NCBI GenBank assembly: GCA_963731365.1
Contig: CAVSUI010000003.1
Location: 1,116,054-1,180,053, forward strand
DNA: 64,000 nucleotides
Origin: an uncultured Gemmatimonadales bacterium
GTDB taxonomy: Bacteria > Gemmatimonadota > Gemmatimonadetes > Gemmatimonadales > Gemmatimonadaceae
Direction of reading: 5' to 3'
Positions 54,287 to 64,000 of the stretch are shown one piece after another; positions within the stretch are counted from its first letter, which is position 1; every line of letters starts with the position of its first letter. The notes beneath the pieces are model-generated. The model had not been told where the DNA came from, did no database searches, and saw only the letters and a program-made list of their open reading frames with translations. The position numbers and the translations under genes are program-made.

Positions 54287-55151
54287 TCACGCCCCGATCG
54301 GGTGCCACACGGTCTTGAACTCGATGAAGTCGCGGATCTCGTAAACGCCTTCGACGCGCTCGGAGCTCCAATCGATGTCCGGCGCGCGAACCTTCACCCG
54401 CTTCACGCTGTCCGCTGCACCGCGTCGCAGCGTGGTCGCCTCCTCACCGGCCGCAGCGGCGTCGAGCGCGCGGATGTGAGTGTGAGATGCGAACGTCGGG
54501 ATCAGCTCCGCACGTTGGCCGGTGATGATGTTGACGACGCCGCCAGGCAGATCAGATGTCGCGAGCATCTCGCCGAGTGCGACAGCGGGATAGGGCGTCT
54601 TCTCGGAAGCGAGCGCGACGGTCGTGTTGCCGCTCACTATCGCGGACGCGATCGGACTCACGAGACCGAGCAGCGGATGAGCGTCGGACGCGATGATTCC
54701 TATCACTCCCATCGGCTCGGTGAGCGTGAAGTTGAAGTACGGCGCGGCGACTGGATTCGCGCTGCCAAGCACCTGCTCGTACTTGTCGGCCCAGCCAGCG
54801 TAATGCACCAGGCGATCGACCGTGAGCGCAACTTCATCGTTCGCGCGCTCGGAGCCCGGGAACGAACTGACGCAGCACCGCGGCGAGCTCGTCTGCGCGC
54901 GACTCGAGCATCTCCGCCAGACGATACACTATCTGCCCGCGATTGTACGGAGTGCGTGCGGACCATGCGGGGCCGGCCTTGGCTGCGGCCTCGACGGCGT
55001 TGCGCAGATCCTTCCGCGTGCACTGCGGAACGTTCGCGACGAAGTTGCCGGCGGTGTCGCGCACAGGGAACGTGCGCCCGCTCTCGGAGCGGATGAACGC
55101 GCCGCCTACGTAAACCTTGGGAGTCTTGGTGACCGGGATGCGCTCGCTCAC
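54287..55151 (-). CDS. Short aldehyde-dehydrogenase-like protein (about 288 aa, lacks the catalytic Cys half; frame interrupted near 54830)
   Basis: ALDH N-terminal/cofactor-domain similarity: [17 protein letters not shown]...[20 protein letters not shown] (ORF 54834..55325) and [14 protein letters not shown]...[20 protein letters not shown]...[13 protein letters not shown]...[10 protein letters not shown] (ORF 54287..54808). It ends about 35 aa after the position of the ELGGK motif. GTGA overlap with the upstream gene. Confidence 0.6.
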
Positions 55152-56682
55152 GTGAGCTCCACGTAATCGAGCAGCCCCTGCCGGCCGCCCTCGCGACCGA
55201 AGCCCGATTCCTTGTAGCCACCGAACGGCGACGCAGGATCGAACTTGTTGAACGTGTTCGCCCAGACGACGCCCGCTTTGAGCTCGGCGGCCATGCGCAG
55301 AATGCGTGATCCCTTGTCGGTCCACACGCCTGCAGATAGGCCGTACATCGTGTTGTTCGCCTTCTCGATCGCCTCATCCATGGTGCGGAAGGTCAGGATG
55401 CTCAGCACCGGCCCGAAGATCTCCTCGCGCGCGATGCGGTGGCTCTGCGTGACGCCCGTGAAGAGCGTCGGTCGGTAGAAGAAGCCGCGCGACGGAAGCG
55501 AGCACGAAGACTGGTAGAGCGTCGCGCCCTCGCTCACGCCGCTCTCGACGAGCTCGCAGATGCGATCGAGCTGCTCGCGCGAGTTGATCGCGCCGACGTC
55601 GGTGTTCTTGTCGAGAGGATTCCCGACGCGCAGAGTCTCCATCCGTTGCTGCAGCTTGGTGACGAACGAATCGGCGATGGATTCCTGGACGAGAAGGCGA
55701 CTTCCCGCGCAGCAGACGTGCCCCTGATTGAAGAAGATGCCGTTGATCACCCCTTCGACCGCCTGATCCATCGGCGAGTCCTCGAACACGATGTTCGCCG
55801 CCTTTCCGCCGAGCTCCATCGTCATCTTCGTGCCGCGCTCGGCGAGCTGTCGCATGATGATCTTGCCTACTTCGGTCGATCCGGTGAACGCGATCTTCTT
55901 CGCCGCCGGATGGCCGACCACTGCAGCGCCGGTCTCCCCGGCGCCGGTGACGATGTTGACGACGCCGTCCGGCAGGCCGGCCTCCTGCGAGCAGCTCAGC
56001 GAATTTCATCGCCGTGACCGACGTCGTCTCCGCCGGCTTGAGGACGACGCAGTTACCCGCCGCGAGCGCCGGCGCGATCTTCCACGCGAGCATGAGGAGC
56101 GGGAAGTTCCACGGAATCACCTGGCCAACGACGCCCAGCGGCTGCGGTGTGCGGCCAGGCGCGACGTACGCGAGCTTGTCCGCCCAGCCGGCGTGATAGA
56201 AGAAGTGCGCTGCCGCCATCGGCACGTCGAAGTCGCGCGATTCGCGGATCGGCTTGCCACCGTCGATCGTTTCGGCCACCGCGAACTCACGCGCGCGGTC
56301 CTGCAGCAGTCGCGCGATGCGATAGATGTACTTGCCGCGCTCACGCCCCGGCATGTCGCGCCACGTCGTCTCGAACGCGAGCTGCGCAGCCATGTACGCC
56401 GCATCGACATCAGCGCTGGTCGCGAGCGCGATCTCGGCTACACGCTCCTCGGTCGCCGGGTTTATCGATGCGAAGTAATCGCCGCTCTGCGGAGCGACGA
56501 AGCGGCCGCCGATGAAGAGGTCGTAGCGCGAGCGAATGTTCGGGACTCGCGGTTTCCGGTGCCGGATCGTATTCCCACAGATCTCCGAAGATGAGCTCGG
56601 GAACGCTGTGTCGTCGTGAGCTCTTCTTGCGCGAATCCTTTGCATCGCTCGCGCGCTCCGAGCCATCCAGGGTGGTTGCCAT
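55148..56682 (-). CDS. Aldehyde dehydrogenase family protein (2 frame changes, near 56553 and 55989)
   Basis: N-terminus ...DLWEYDPAPE then YDLFIGGRFVAPQSG...VIPWNFPLLMLAWKIAPALAAGNCVVLKPAE (ORF 55374..56666). Then FTGSTEVGK..., ELGGKAANIVF, catalytic FFNQGHVCCAGSR and EEIFGPV (ORF 55148..55921). Confidence 0.85.
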
Positions 56683-56684
56683 TA

Positions 56685-57604
56685 TCAGTAGCTCTCTGCG
56701 GCTTCGGAGAAGTAATACGGCGCCTGGTACGCGCCGCTCTTCTCCTTGTGAATCTGGCGGAGCAGGTCGTTGAGCAACGAGCTTGCACCAAAGCGATAAC
56801 GTGACGAGTTGAGCCACGCGTCGCCGAGCGTTTCCTTGACCGCGACGAGGTAGTGAAGCGCCTGCTTCGCGTTGCGGATGCCGCCCGCGGGCTTCATCCC
56901 GATCGGAACTCCGGTCTGCAGGTAGAAGTCGCGGATCGCCTCGATCATCACCTGCGTGTTGGCGAGAGTTGCGCTCGTGCCGACCTTGCCAGTGCTCGTC
57001 TTGATGAAATCGCCGGGACGCAGCACCTGCATCGCGATGAAGGACGCCGCGCGGATGTTGTCGTACGTCTCGAGCTCGCCGACCTCGAGGATGACCTTGA
57101 GCGTGGCGTCGCCGCAAGCGTCGACCACCGCGGCGATCTCGTCCTGCAGCGCCTCGTACTCGCCGGCGAGGAAGAGTCCGCGGTTGATCACCATGTCGAT
57201 CTCGTCGGCGCCTGCGTTCACGGCGTACTTCACTTCCTGTAACCGTATCTTGAGCGAGCTCTGGCCTGCAGGAAACGCGGTTGCCACGGATGCGATCTTG
57301 ATGGGCGAATCGGCGAGCTGGCGGCGCGCTTCCTTGATGAGCGCGGGATAGATGCACACGGCGGCGACCGGCGGTATCGAGCGGTCAGTCGCTCGGGTTG
57401 AGCGCCTTGCGACAGAGCGACGCGACCTTTCCGGGGGTGTCCTTTCCCTCGAGCGTCGTGAGGTCGATCATCGACACCGCGGTGGTCAGGCCCCAGAGCT
57501 TCGCCGACTTCTTTATGCTGCGCGTCGTGAACTTGGCGACGCGCTCTTCGAGTCCGACCCGATCGACCGGACCGAACTCTTCTGACGATGTTTCGTTTCT
57601 TCAC
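56685..57604 (-). CDS. deoC: Deoxyribose-phosphate aldolase, long (DERA-like) form (2 frame changes, near 57590 and 57395; start uncertain)
   Basis: ORF 56685..57359: VAAVCIYPALI..., VATAFPAGQS, EIDMVINRG, KVILEVGEL and the Schiff-base region FIKTSTGKV. My translation of the upstream frame gives RSIKKSAKLWGLTTAVSMIDLTTLEGKDTPGKVASLCRKALNP. Confidence 0.85.
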
Positions 57605-57635
57605 CCCTGAAATATACGGCGCCGCGCCGCCGCTC

Positions 57636-59220
57636 TCAGTCGCGCGCGGTGATGTTCACCGGGACGCCGAGGACGTCGGCCAGTAGATGGCCCTTGCGAG
57701 TCGCGCCCCAGAGCTCGAGTCGGAGATCGTGAGCTTCCGGAGCCGGAATAGCTTCGATGTCGAGCGAGCCGCGCGTGAGCTTCACTACGAGATCGCCGAC
57801 CGCGGCGGAGTGACCGCGATCGAGACCGTCCGCGACGCGAAGAATTGCCGCGAGGCGCTTGATCCTCCGTCTCACCGTGCGATCGAGTGACGCATAGCTG
57901 CGCTGGCTCCTGCTTGGCGTTGCGCCGCGGTGGTAACGCGCGACGTTCGCCACCATCACGCGCTCGAGCGGAGTCATGCCGAGCAGATCGGCGTGCACGA
58001 TGAGATGATACGAGTGCTTGTGGTGCGCCTCGAAGTTGATGTGGTAGCCGATGTCGTGGAGGAGCGCGGCATCGGCGAGCACGCGTCTGTCCGCGCGGTC
58101 CGAGGTGAAGCTTTCGCGCCACCGCGTCGAACAGTCTGAGCGCCAGGCGCTGGACCTGCTGTGAGTGCGGCGCCTCGTAGTGCGACCGTTCGGCGAGCTG
58201 CAGCACGGAGCGCACGCGCGCCTCGCCAGGATCTGCGACGACGGGCGTCACGCGCGCAGCCTCGAGCAACAGGCCTTCGCGAATGCCGTAGGCCGAAACC
58301 ACGACGTCGCGCGCCTCGATGCGCGCCATCACTTCGGCGGCGGTCGCGATGCCGGCGACGATTATGTCGGCGCGCGCAGGGCTGAGTCCCGGAACTACCT
58401 GCCGTTCCGCAGGCGACATTCCCTCGAGGAGATCCAGCACATGCTCCATCTCAGCACGCGTGATGACGGTGCCGTGTACGCTCGGCGTCCGTCCCATCCC
58501 CTGACGCGCGAGGATCATGGCGGCGAGGTTGGTAAAGGTGCCGCCGGACCCGATCAACTGTGCGCCGTGCCAGTCGCGGCGCGATATGCGCTCGCGGAGA
58601 CCGCGTCGCACGAACCTTCGCAAGCTCGCGAGCGCATCGCGATCAGGCGCAGCGGTGAGGAACTGCTCGGTCAGCCGTATCGCTCCAAAGGGAAACGAGA
58701 ACAGCCCGTCGAGAAGCCCGTCGGCGCTGAGCGCGAGCTCGAGTGAGCCGCCGCCGATGTCCATCACCACCGCGCGTCCGGCGCCGAGATCGAAGTGCGC
58801 GAGGGCGCTGCGATAGGAGAGGAGCGCTTCCTCCTCACCATCGAGCAGCCTGACGTCGAGTCCAGTGACGTCCTTCACGGCCGCGAGGAAGTCGGCGCGG
58901 TTCTCCGCGTCGCGCACCGCGCTGGTCGCGACCGCTTCGCTGCGCGCGGCGCCCAGCTGGCGGCCGAGCAGCGACATGCGCAGAAGTGAATCGATCGCGT
59001 TGCGCATCGAGGCGTCACTTATGCGGCCGGTCTCCGCGACCCCCTGACCGATGCGCGGCGCGGATTTCATCTCGTCGATGATGCGGATGGCGCCGTCGGG
59101 CGACACGTCGGCGACGATTTGCCGGATGGAGTTGGAGCCGATGTCTATCGCGGCGATTCTGACCGGGCGGTCAGCGGGCGTCGAGCTCGAGCGGATGGAT
59201 GTAGATGGTGCGATGGTCAA
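57636..59220 (-). CDS. ppx: Ppx/GppA family exopolyphosphatase (frame interrupted near 58112)
   Basis: IAAIDIGSNSIRQIVADV, VATSAVRDAENR, VVMDIGGGSLEL (ORF 57601..59220). The HD-domain C-terminus LLHDIGYHINFEAHHKHSYHLI...ANVARYHRG is in ORF 57636..58082, which supplies the real stop. Confidence 0.88.
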
Positions 59221-59265
59221 GAGCGGAAGCTAGCGCGATCAACGCGCGAGTTCCATCGGTACGCG

Positions 59266-59955
59266 TCAATCCTCAAAGTGGTGCTTGATCTGCTTCCCCT
59301 CCGCCAGATAGACCGCGTCCTCACCAATATTGGTAGCCAAGTCGGCGACGCGCTCGAGGTTGCGGCTCACGAGCAGGAGCTCGAGCGACGGGGTGATGGT
59401 GCGCGCATCCTCCATCATGTGAGTGAGCAGGATGCGGAAGACCGAGTTGTGAAGCGCATCCACGCCATCGTCGGCCCGGCACACGTGGCGGCCGAGCGCC
59501 CCGTCGCCACGGATGAACGCGTCCAGCGCGTCCGCGAGCATCATACGAGCACGCCGCGCCATGTCCTCAATCTCGGGATCTGCCGTGATTGTAGCTTGCT
59601 GCTGAATGAGCCGCATCGCGGACTCAGCGATGTTCACGGCGTGATCTCCGATGCGCTCGAGTCCGCTCGAGATCCTGATGGCGCCGACGATGAATCTCAG
59701 ATCGCGCGCCATCGGTTGTTGCAGTGCGAGTAGCGCTATGGCGCGCGCTTCCACTTCGATCTCGAGGTCGTTCAGCTCCTTGTCGGCGGCAATTACCATC
59801 TCCGCTATGCCACGATCGCGGTTGAGAAGTGCGTCCACCGACTGCTCGACCAGCTGCTCGGCGCGCGCTGACATGGTTAGCAGACGAGCTTTCAGCTCGT
59901 CCAACTCATCGTGAAAGTGGCGGAAACCGCTCTGCGCGTCCTGCACTGACGTCAT
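59266..59955 (-). CDS. phoU: Phosphate signalling complex protein PhoU
   Basis: Intact 229 aa with two PhoU repeats ([29 protein letters not shown] and [20 protein letters not shown]). ATGA overlap with the pstB stop. Confidence 0.95.
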   Translation of the reverse strand: MTSVQDAQSGFRHFHDELDELKARLLTMSARAEQLVEQSVDALLNRDRGIAEMVIAADKELNDLEIEVEARAIALLALQQPMARDLRFIVGAIRISSGLERIGDHAVNIAESAMRLIQQQATITADPEIEDMARRARMMLADALDAFIRGDGALGRHVCRADDGVDALHNSVFRILLTHMMEDARTITPSLELLLVSRNLERVADLATNIGEDAVYLAEGKQIKHHFED

Positions 59956-60749
59956 CCGAATCTCCCGGTGATGTATGCTTCCGTCCGCTCGTCGCGCGGT
60001 CGCGTGAAGATGCGGTCGGTCATATCCGTCTCGATCAGGCGGCCGAGCAGAAAGAATGCTGTACGGTCGGAGATCCGCGCCGCCTGCTGCAGGTTGTGCG
60101 TCACGATGACTATCGTAAGCTCCGACTTCAACTCGTACAGGAGCTGCTCGATCTTCTGGGTTGCAATCGGATCAAGGGCGCTTGCAGGCTCATCGAGGAG
60201 CAGGACTTCGGGACGGTTGGCGAGCGCTCGCGCGATGCAGAGCCGCTGCTGCTGCCCACCGGAGAGTCCGAGGGCACTGCAGCGCAGGCGGTCCTTCACC
60301 TCATCCCAGAGCGCGGCACGTCGCAGCGCGTCCTCGGCGATCTCGTCGAGATCCGGCCGGCGCGTGACGCCGTTGATGCGCGGTCCGTACGTGACGTTGT
60401 CGTAGATCGATTTCGGAAACGGATTCCATCGCTGAAAGACCATCCCCACCCGTTGCCGCAGTGTCACGACGTCCGTGCCCGGAGCGTAGACGTCGTCGGC
60501 GTCGAGGAGCATCTTACCGTCGTGACGCGTCGAAGGGACGAGGTCGTTCATCCGATTGATCGAGCGGAGGAAGGTAGACTTCCCGCACCCAGAAGGTCCG
60601 ATGAGCGCCATCACTTCGCGCGGCTTCACATCGAGCGACACGTTCCACAGAGCCTGCGTTCTTCCGTAATGGAACGAGAACGAACGCGCCTCGATGTGGC
60701 CCGTCTCATCTGCGGCGATGGATGCGCTCAGCGTGGCGGGTGTGGTCAC
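59952..60749 (-). CDS. pstB: Phosphate ABC transporter ATP-binding protein PstB (copy 1, distal)
   Basis: Walker [20 protein letters not shown], signature [15 protein letters not shown], Walker [12 protein letters not shown], tail [13 protein letters not shown] at 60749 overlaps the upstream pstB stop (GTGA). Confidence 0.95.
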   Translation of the reverse strand: MTTPATLSASIAADETGHIEARSFSFHYGRTQALWNVSLDVKPREVMALIGPSGCGKSTFLRSINRMNDLVPSTRHDGKMLLDADDVYAPGTDVVTLRQRVGMVFQRWNPFPKSIYDNVTYGPRINGVTRRPDLDEIAEDALRRAALWDEVKDRLRCSALGLSGGQQQRLCIARALANRPEVLLLDEPASALDPIATQKIEQLLYELKSELTIVIVTHNLQQAARISDRTAFFLLGRLIETDMTDRIFTRPRDERTEAYITGRFG

Positions 60750-61630
60750 CCGAATCTCCCGGTGATGTACGCTTCCGTGCGTGGGTCCCGCGGAGTGGTG
60801 AAGAGCATGTTGGTGGGCGCGACCTCGACGAGCTGGCCGTCCAGCAAGAAGGCGGTGCGGTCTGACACGCGCGCAGCTTGCTGCAGGTTGTGCGTCACGA
60901 TGCCGATGGTCATCGAGGAGCGCAGCTCGTAGATCAGCTCCTCGACCTTCTGGCTGCTCGCTGGATCGAGCGACGCCGTCGGCTCGTCCAGAAGCAGAAC
61001 GCGGGGTCGCGTCGCAAGCGCTCGTGCGATGCATAGCCGTTGCTGCTGGCCGCCCGAAAGCGAGAGCGCGCTCTGACGCAACCTGTCGCGCACTTCATCC
61101 CAGAGGCCCGACGCACGAAGCGCGCGCTCGACAATCTCATCTGTATCTCGTCGCGACGTTCGGGACAGTCCGCGGACGCTCAAGCCAGCAGCCACATTGT
61201 CGCGGATCGACATCGTCGGGAACGGCGTGGGTCGCTGGAACACCATCCCGATGTGGCGGCGAATCTCGATTGGGCTGGTGCCGTCGCCATAGATGGCAAT
61301 GCCGTCGAGGGTGACGCTGCCGCTCACGCTCGCGCTCGGGACGGTCTCGTGCATTCGGTTGAGGCATCGCAGCAGCGTGGATTTACCGCATCCCGACGGT
61401 CCGATGATCGCCGTCACACGACGCTCATCGAATGCGAGGTCCACGTCACGCACTGCAGCGACACGGCCAAAGTACGCCGACAGGCGGTCGGTGCGAAGGC
61501 ACGGTGACGGCTCCGCCAGCTTCGCCCGCGAAACGTCCTTCTCTAGCGGCCACTGCCTTGGCCGCGGAAGACCGGCGAGGAAACCGCGCGACGGGTATGG
61601 CTCTCGATCGAAAGTTGTGAGTTGGTCCAT
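60746..61630 (-). CDS. pstB: Phosphate ABC transporter ATP-binding protein PstB (copy 2, proximal; about 40-aa N-terminal extension)
   Basis: [45 protein letters not shown] and the same tail [10 protein letters not shown]. About 55 percent identical to copy 1 by eye. Confidence 0.93.
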   Translation of the reverse strand: MDQLTTFDREPYPSRGFLAGLPRPRQWPLEKDVSRAKLAEPSPCLRTDRLSAYFGRVAAVRDVDLAFDERRVTAIIGPSGCGKSTLLRCLNRMHETVPSASVSGSVTLDGIAIYGDGTSPIEIRRHIGMVFQRPTPFPTMSIRDNVAAGLSVRGLSRTSRRDTDEIVERALRASGLWDEVRDRLRQSALSLSGGQQQRLCIARALATRPRVLLLDEPTASLDPASSQKVEELIYELRSSMTIGIVTHNLQQAARVSDRTAFLLDGQLVEVAPTNMLFTTPRDPRTEAYITGRFG

Positions 61631-61631
61631 G

Positions 61632-62525
61632 TCAGTCCACTGAAGCGCCGAATCGCGCGCGAGTGGTGATGCGCGCGGCGACGCTGATGAGCGTCACGAT
61701 TCCGATGAGAACGAGGGCGCCGGCCCACGCCAGCGTATGCCATTCGTCGTAGGGACTGATGGCGTACGTGAAGATCTGCAGCGGAAGCGCAGCGATTGGC
61801 TGCGTAAGGGTCGTCGACCAGAACTGATTGCCGAAAGCGGTGAACAGCAGTGGCGCGGTCTCGCCAGCGACTCGCGCGACTGCGACGAGAGCGCCGGTGA
61901 CTATTCCGGGCAGTGCCGTGCGCAGCACGATTACTAGAGATGTGCGCCAACGCTGGTATCCGAGCGCCAGGGCCGCCTCGCGCAGCGAGCCTGGAACCGT
62001 GCGGATCAGCTCCTCGGTGGTGCGTGTAACGAGTGGGGTCATCATCGCCCCGAGCGCGATCCCTCCCGCAAGCGCGGAGAAATGGCCGATCGGACGGACG
62101 AGGAGCTGCCACGCGAAGATACCCATCACGATCGACGGGAGGCCGTTCAGCACGTCCGAGAGAAAGCGGACAGTGTTCGCGAGCGCTGTCGTCTTCTTGT
62201 CGGCGAGGTACAGTCCGGCTCCCATTCCCACGGGAAGGCCGACGAGCGTGGCAACGGCGATGAGTATGAGTGTGCCAACGATCGCGTTCGCCATTCCGCC
62301 GCCACTCTCGCCGACAGGCCTGGGCATGCGCGTGAAGAACGACAGGCTCAGCGCGCCCGCTCCCTCGCGCGCGACGTGCACGAGGATGAAGAGGAGTGGC
62401 ATTGTGGCAACCACCGCGGCCATGTAGGTGAGAGCGACCATCACCCTGCTCGTCGCGCGGCGTCTGCGGCGCGACATCGGGCTCCCGCGCGCTCCCGGCG
62501 CTCCCCGCGCTGCTGTCGCGGTCAC
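61632..62525 (-). CDS. pstA: Phosphate ABC transporter permease PstA
   Basis: Multi-TM. EAA-loop region [34 protein letters not shown] overlap with the pstC stop. Confidence 0.92.
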   Translation of the reverse strand: MTATAARGAPGARGSPMSRRRRRATSRVMVALTYMAAVVATMPLLFILVHVAREGAGALSLSFFTRMPRPVGESGGGMANAIVGTLILIAVATLVGLPVGMGAGLYLADKKTTALANTVRFLSDVLNGLPSIVMGIFAWQLLVRPIGHFSALAGGIALGAMMTPLVTRTTEELIRTVPGSLREAALALGYQRWRTSLVIVLRTALPGIVTGALVAVARVAGETAPLLFTAFGNQFWSTTLTQPIAALPLQIFTYAISPYDEWHTLAWAGALVLIGIVTLISVAARITTRARFGASVD

Positions 62526-63526
62526 GCTTCAGCTCCGCGCCGTCCCACGCTCCACACGAGCCAGCGCGCCATCGCGTTCACGATTACTGTGATCACGAAG
62601 AGCACGCCGCCAACCGCCATCAGCGCGGAAAGATGCAGATCGCTCGTCGCTTCGCTGAACTCGTTCGCGATCAACGAGGCCATGGTATAGCCGGGAGCGA
62701 AAAGCGACGCAGAAATCTCGGCTCGATTTCCGATCACCATCGTTACAGCCATCGTCTCACCGAGTGCACGGCCGAGACCGAGGATGATTCCGCCGACGAT
62801 CCCCGAGCGCGCGCTGGGAATCACCGCGTCTCGAATCGTCTCCCAGCGCGTCGCGCCGAGCGCGAGCGCGGCCTCGCGCTGCGCGCGCGGAACCGCACGC
62901 AGCACCTCGCGCGATACGGCAGCAATGTACGGCAGCGCCATTATCGCGAGGATGATTCCGCCCGCGAGCATGCTCGGCCCGTACGCCGGGCCTGAGAAGA
63001 AAGGCGTCGTGCCGAGGTGAAGCGTGTCGCGCAGAAATGGCATCACGACATCGCGCAGCACCGGGATGAGCACGAAGATCCCCCACAGCCCGTAGATCAC
63101 GCTCGGGATGGCGGCGAGCAGATCGACGAGGAAGCCGACCGGCTGCTGCAGCCAGCGCGGCGCGAGCTCGCTGAGGAAGATCGCGACACCGAGCGCGAGC
63201 GGCGTTGCGATGACGAGCGCCAACAGTGACGACACTATCGTGCCGAAGATCGCCGGTGCAGCGCCGAATCTGCCAGCGGGAACGTTCCACTCGCTGGACG
63301 TGAGGAACGACAGGCCAAATCTGTGAAGCGCGGGCCACGCTGCGGTCCCCACTTCTATCCCGATGAAAAGAAGAAGAACCGGGATACAGAGTGCGAAGAG
63401 CGTCGTGAGCGCGTCGTACACACCGTCGCCGATGTTCGAGCCAGCGATCGCCGCTCGTGCCGCGCGGGCGTCGTCCCGTTCAACCCGCGAAGCTTCAGCC
63501 ACCGGCGACGCCGAAGGGCCGATCAC
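62522..63526 (-). CDS. pstC: Phosphate ABC transporter permease PstC
   Basis: Multi-[32 protein letters not shown]. The GTG at 63526 overlaps the pstS stop (GTGA). The ORF-track extension to 63709 runs into pstS. Confidence 0.9.
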   Translation of the reverse strand: MIGPSASPVAEASRVERDDARAARAAIAGSNIGDGVYDALTTLFALCIPVLLLFIGIEVGTAAWPALHRFGLSFLTSSEWNVPAGRFGAAPAIFGTIVSSLLALVIATPLALGVAIFLSELAPRWLQQPVGFLVDLLAAIPSVIYGLWGIFVLIPVLRDVVMPFLRDTLHLGTTPFFSGPAYGPSMLAGGIILAIMALPYIAAVSREVLRAVPRAQREAALALGATRWETIRDAVIPSARSGIVGGIILGLGRALGETMAVTMVIGNRAEISASLFAPGYTMASLIANEFSEATSDLHLSALMAVGGVLFVITVIVNAMARWLVWSVGRRGAEA

Positions 63527-64000
63527 GACGTCGCCGGTACGTGGATCGAGTCGAGTCGCGCGGTCAGCGCTGCACGCATCTTCGGCGGCAGCGGTGCGTA
63601 GTCGAGCGACTCCGCGTCGGAGTATCCCACCTGATACATCCAGCGCATGAATGCTATGAGCGCCCTGGCCTTCGACGCGCTCGTCTGACTCTGGTAGACG
63701 AGCAACCACGTCATGGAGGAGATGGGATATGAATCCGGGCCGCTCGCGTTGATGACCGAGACGCGATAGTCGCTCGAAGCTGGCAGTGTGTCCGCCACGC
63801 CTGATGCGTCAGCGGTGACCGAGGCGATCGAAGGCGCGACCCAATTCCCCGAAGCATTCTGCAGCGTGGCGAACGGAAGACCGTTTTGCCGGGCGTATGC
63901 GAGCTCCACGTATCCGATCGCGCCCGGCGTCTGCTTCACCTGGCCGGCCACGCCCTCGTTTCCTTTGGCGCCGAGTCCGACCGGCCACGCGACTTCCTTA
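63523..64000 (-). CDS. pstS: Phosphate-binding protein PstS (C-terminal part; the gene continues beyond the window)
   Basis: ...GAIGYVELAYARQNGLPFATLQNASGNWVAPS...YPISSMTWLLVY...MRWMYQVGYSDAESLDYAPLP in ORF 63523..63951, and the frame stays open to the window edge. Confidence 0.88.
   Translation of the reverse strand, partial: KEVAWPVGLGAKGNEGVAGQVKQTPGAIGYVELAYARQNGLPFATLQNASGNWVAPSIASVTADASGVADTLPASSDYRVSVINASGPDSYPISSMTWLLVYQSQTSASKARALIAFMRWMYQVGYSDAESLDYAPLPPKMRAALTARLDSIHVPATS

Noticed and set aside
59952-61630. The tandem pstB genes as an assembly duplication artefact.
   Set aside because: The two copies are only about 55 percent identical at the protein level and differ throughout at the DNA level, apart from the last few dozen nucleotides, which encode an identical [10 protein letters not shown] tail. 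They are ancient paralogues, not a collapsed or expanded repeat.

Overview
High-GC (about two-thirds G+C by eye) bacterial chromosomal segment. It is densely packed and almost entirely core or housekeeping. I support about 55 protein genes, one tRNA-Leu(UAG), four intrinsic terminators and a few palindromic operator-like sites.

Gene content, in window order:
- padR and mrp, divergently arranged.
- A quinone tail-end cluster: ubiE/menG, a UbiD-like gene, a UbiA-like gene and ubiX.
- DNA repair genes: a Cho/UvrC-like nuclease and mutM.
- purD, an M48 peptidase and a Cys/Met PLP enzyme.
- A REC-HD-GYP response regulator, a phosphohexomutase and glmS.
- A copZ-copA-csoR copper operon.
- dtd, maf and a giant CarboxypepD_reg/TonB-type outer-membrane barrel.
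- LPS-core genes (GT9 and a Kdo-kinase-like gene), trpE and an Omp85-like barrel.
- An orphan GspE/PilB-type ATPase read through into a Nudix domain.
- The proteostasis array tRNA-Leu, tig, clpP, clpX, lon, engB, followed by htrA, dnaK and a rhomboid protease.
- A large phosphate/polyphosphate neighbourhood: DUF47-pit-ppk1, then ppx, phoU, pstB, pstB, pstA, pstC and pstS.
- Embedded in that neighbourhood are a deoC plus two-ALDH operon and a MoaD-like (Gly-Gly tail) plus BNR/sortilin-like pair.

The protein styles suggest a Gemmatimonadota/Acidobacteriota-like diderm. This is inference only.

I saw no transposase, integrase, CRISPR array, toxin-antitoxin pair or recognisable defence island, so this looks like an ordinary core region.

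The most striking global property is that about 40 conserved genes or gene segments are broken by single-nucleotide frame changes. These cluster unevenly, which points to indel errors in the sequence more than to biology.

The ORF track reports GTG and TTG starts as M. I used this when choosing starts, and many adjacent genes show ATGA or GTGA 4-nt start/stop overlaps.
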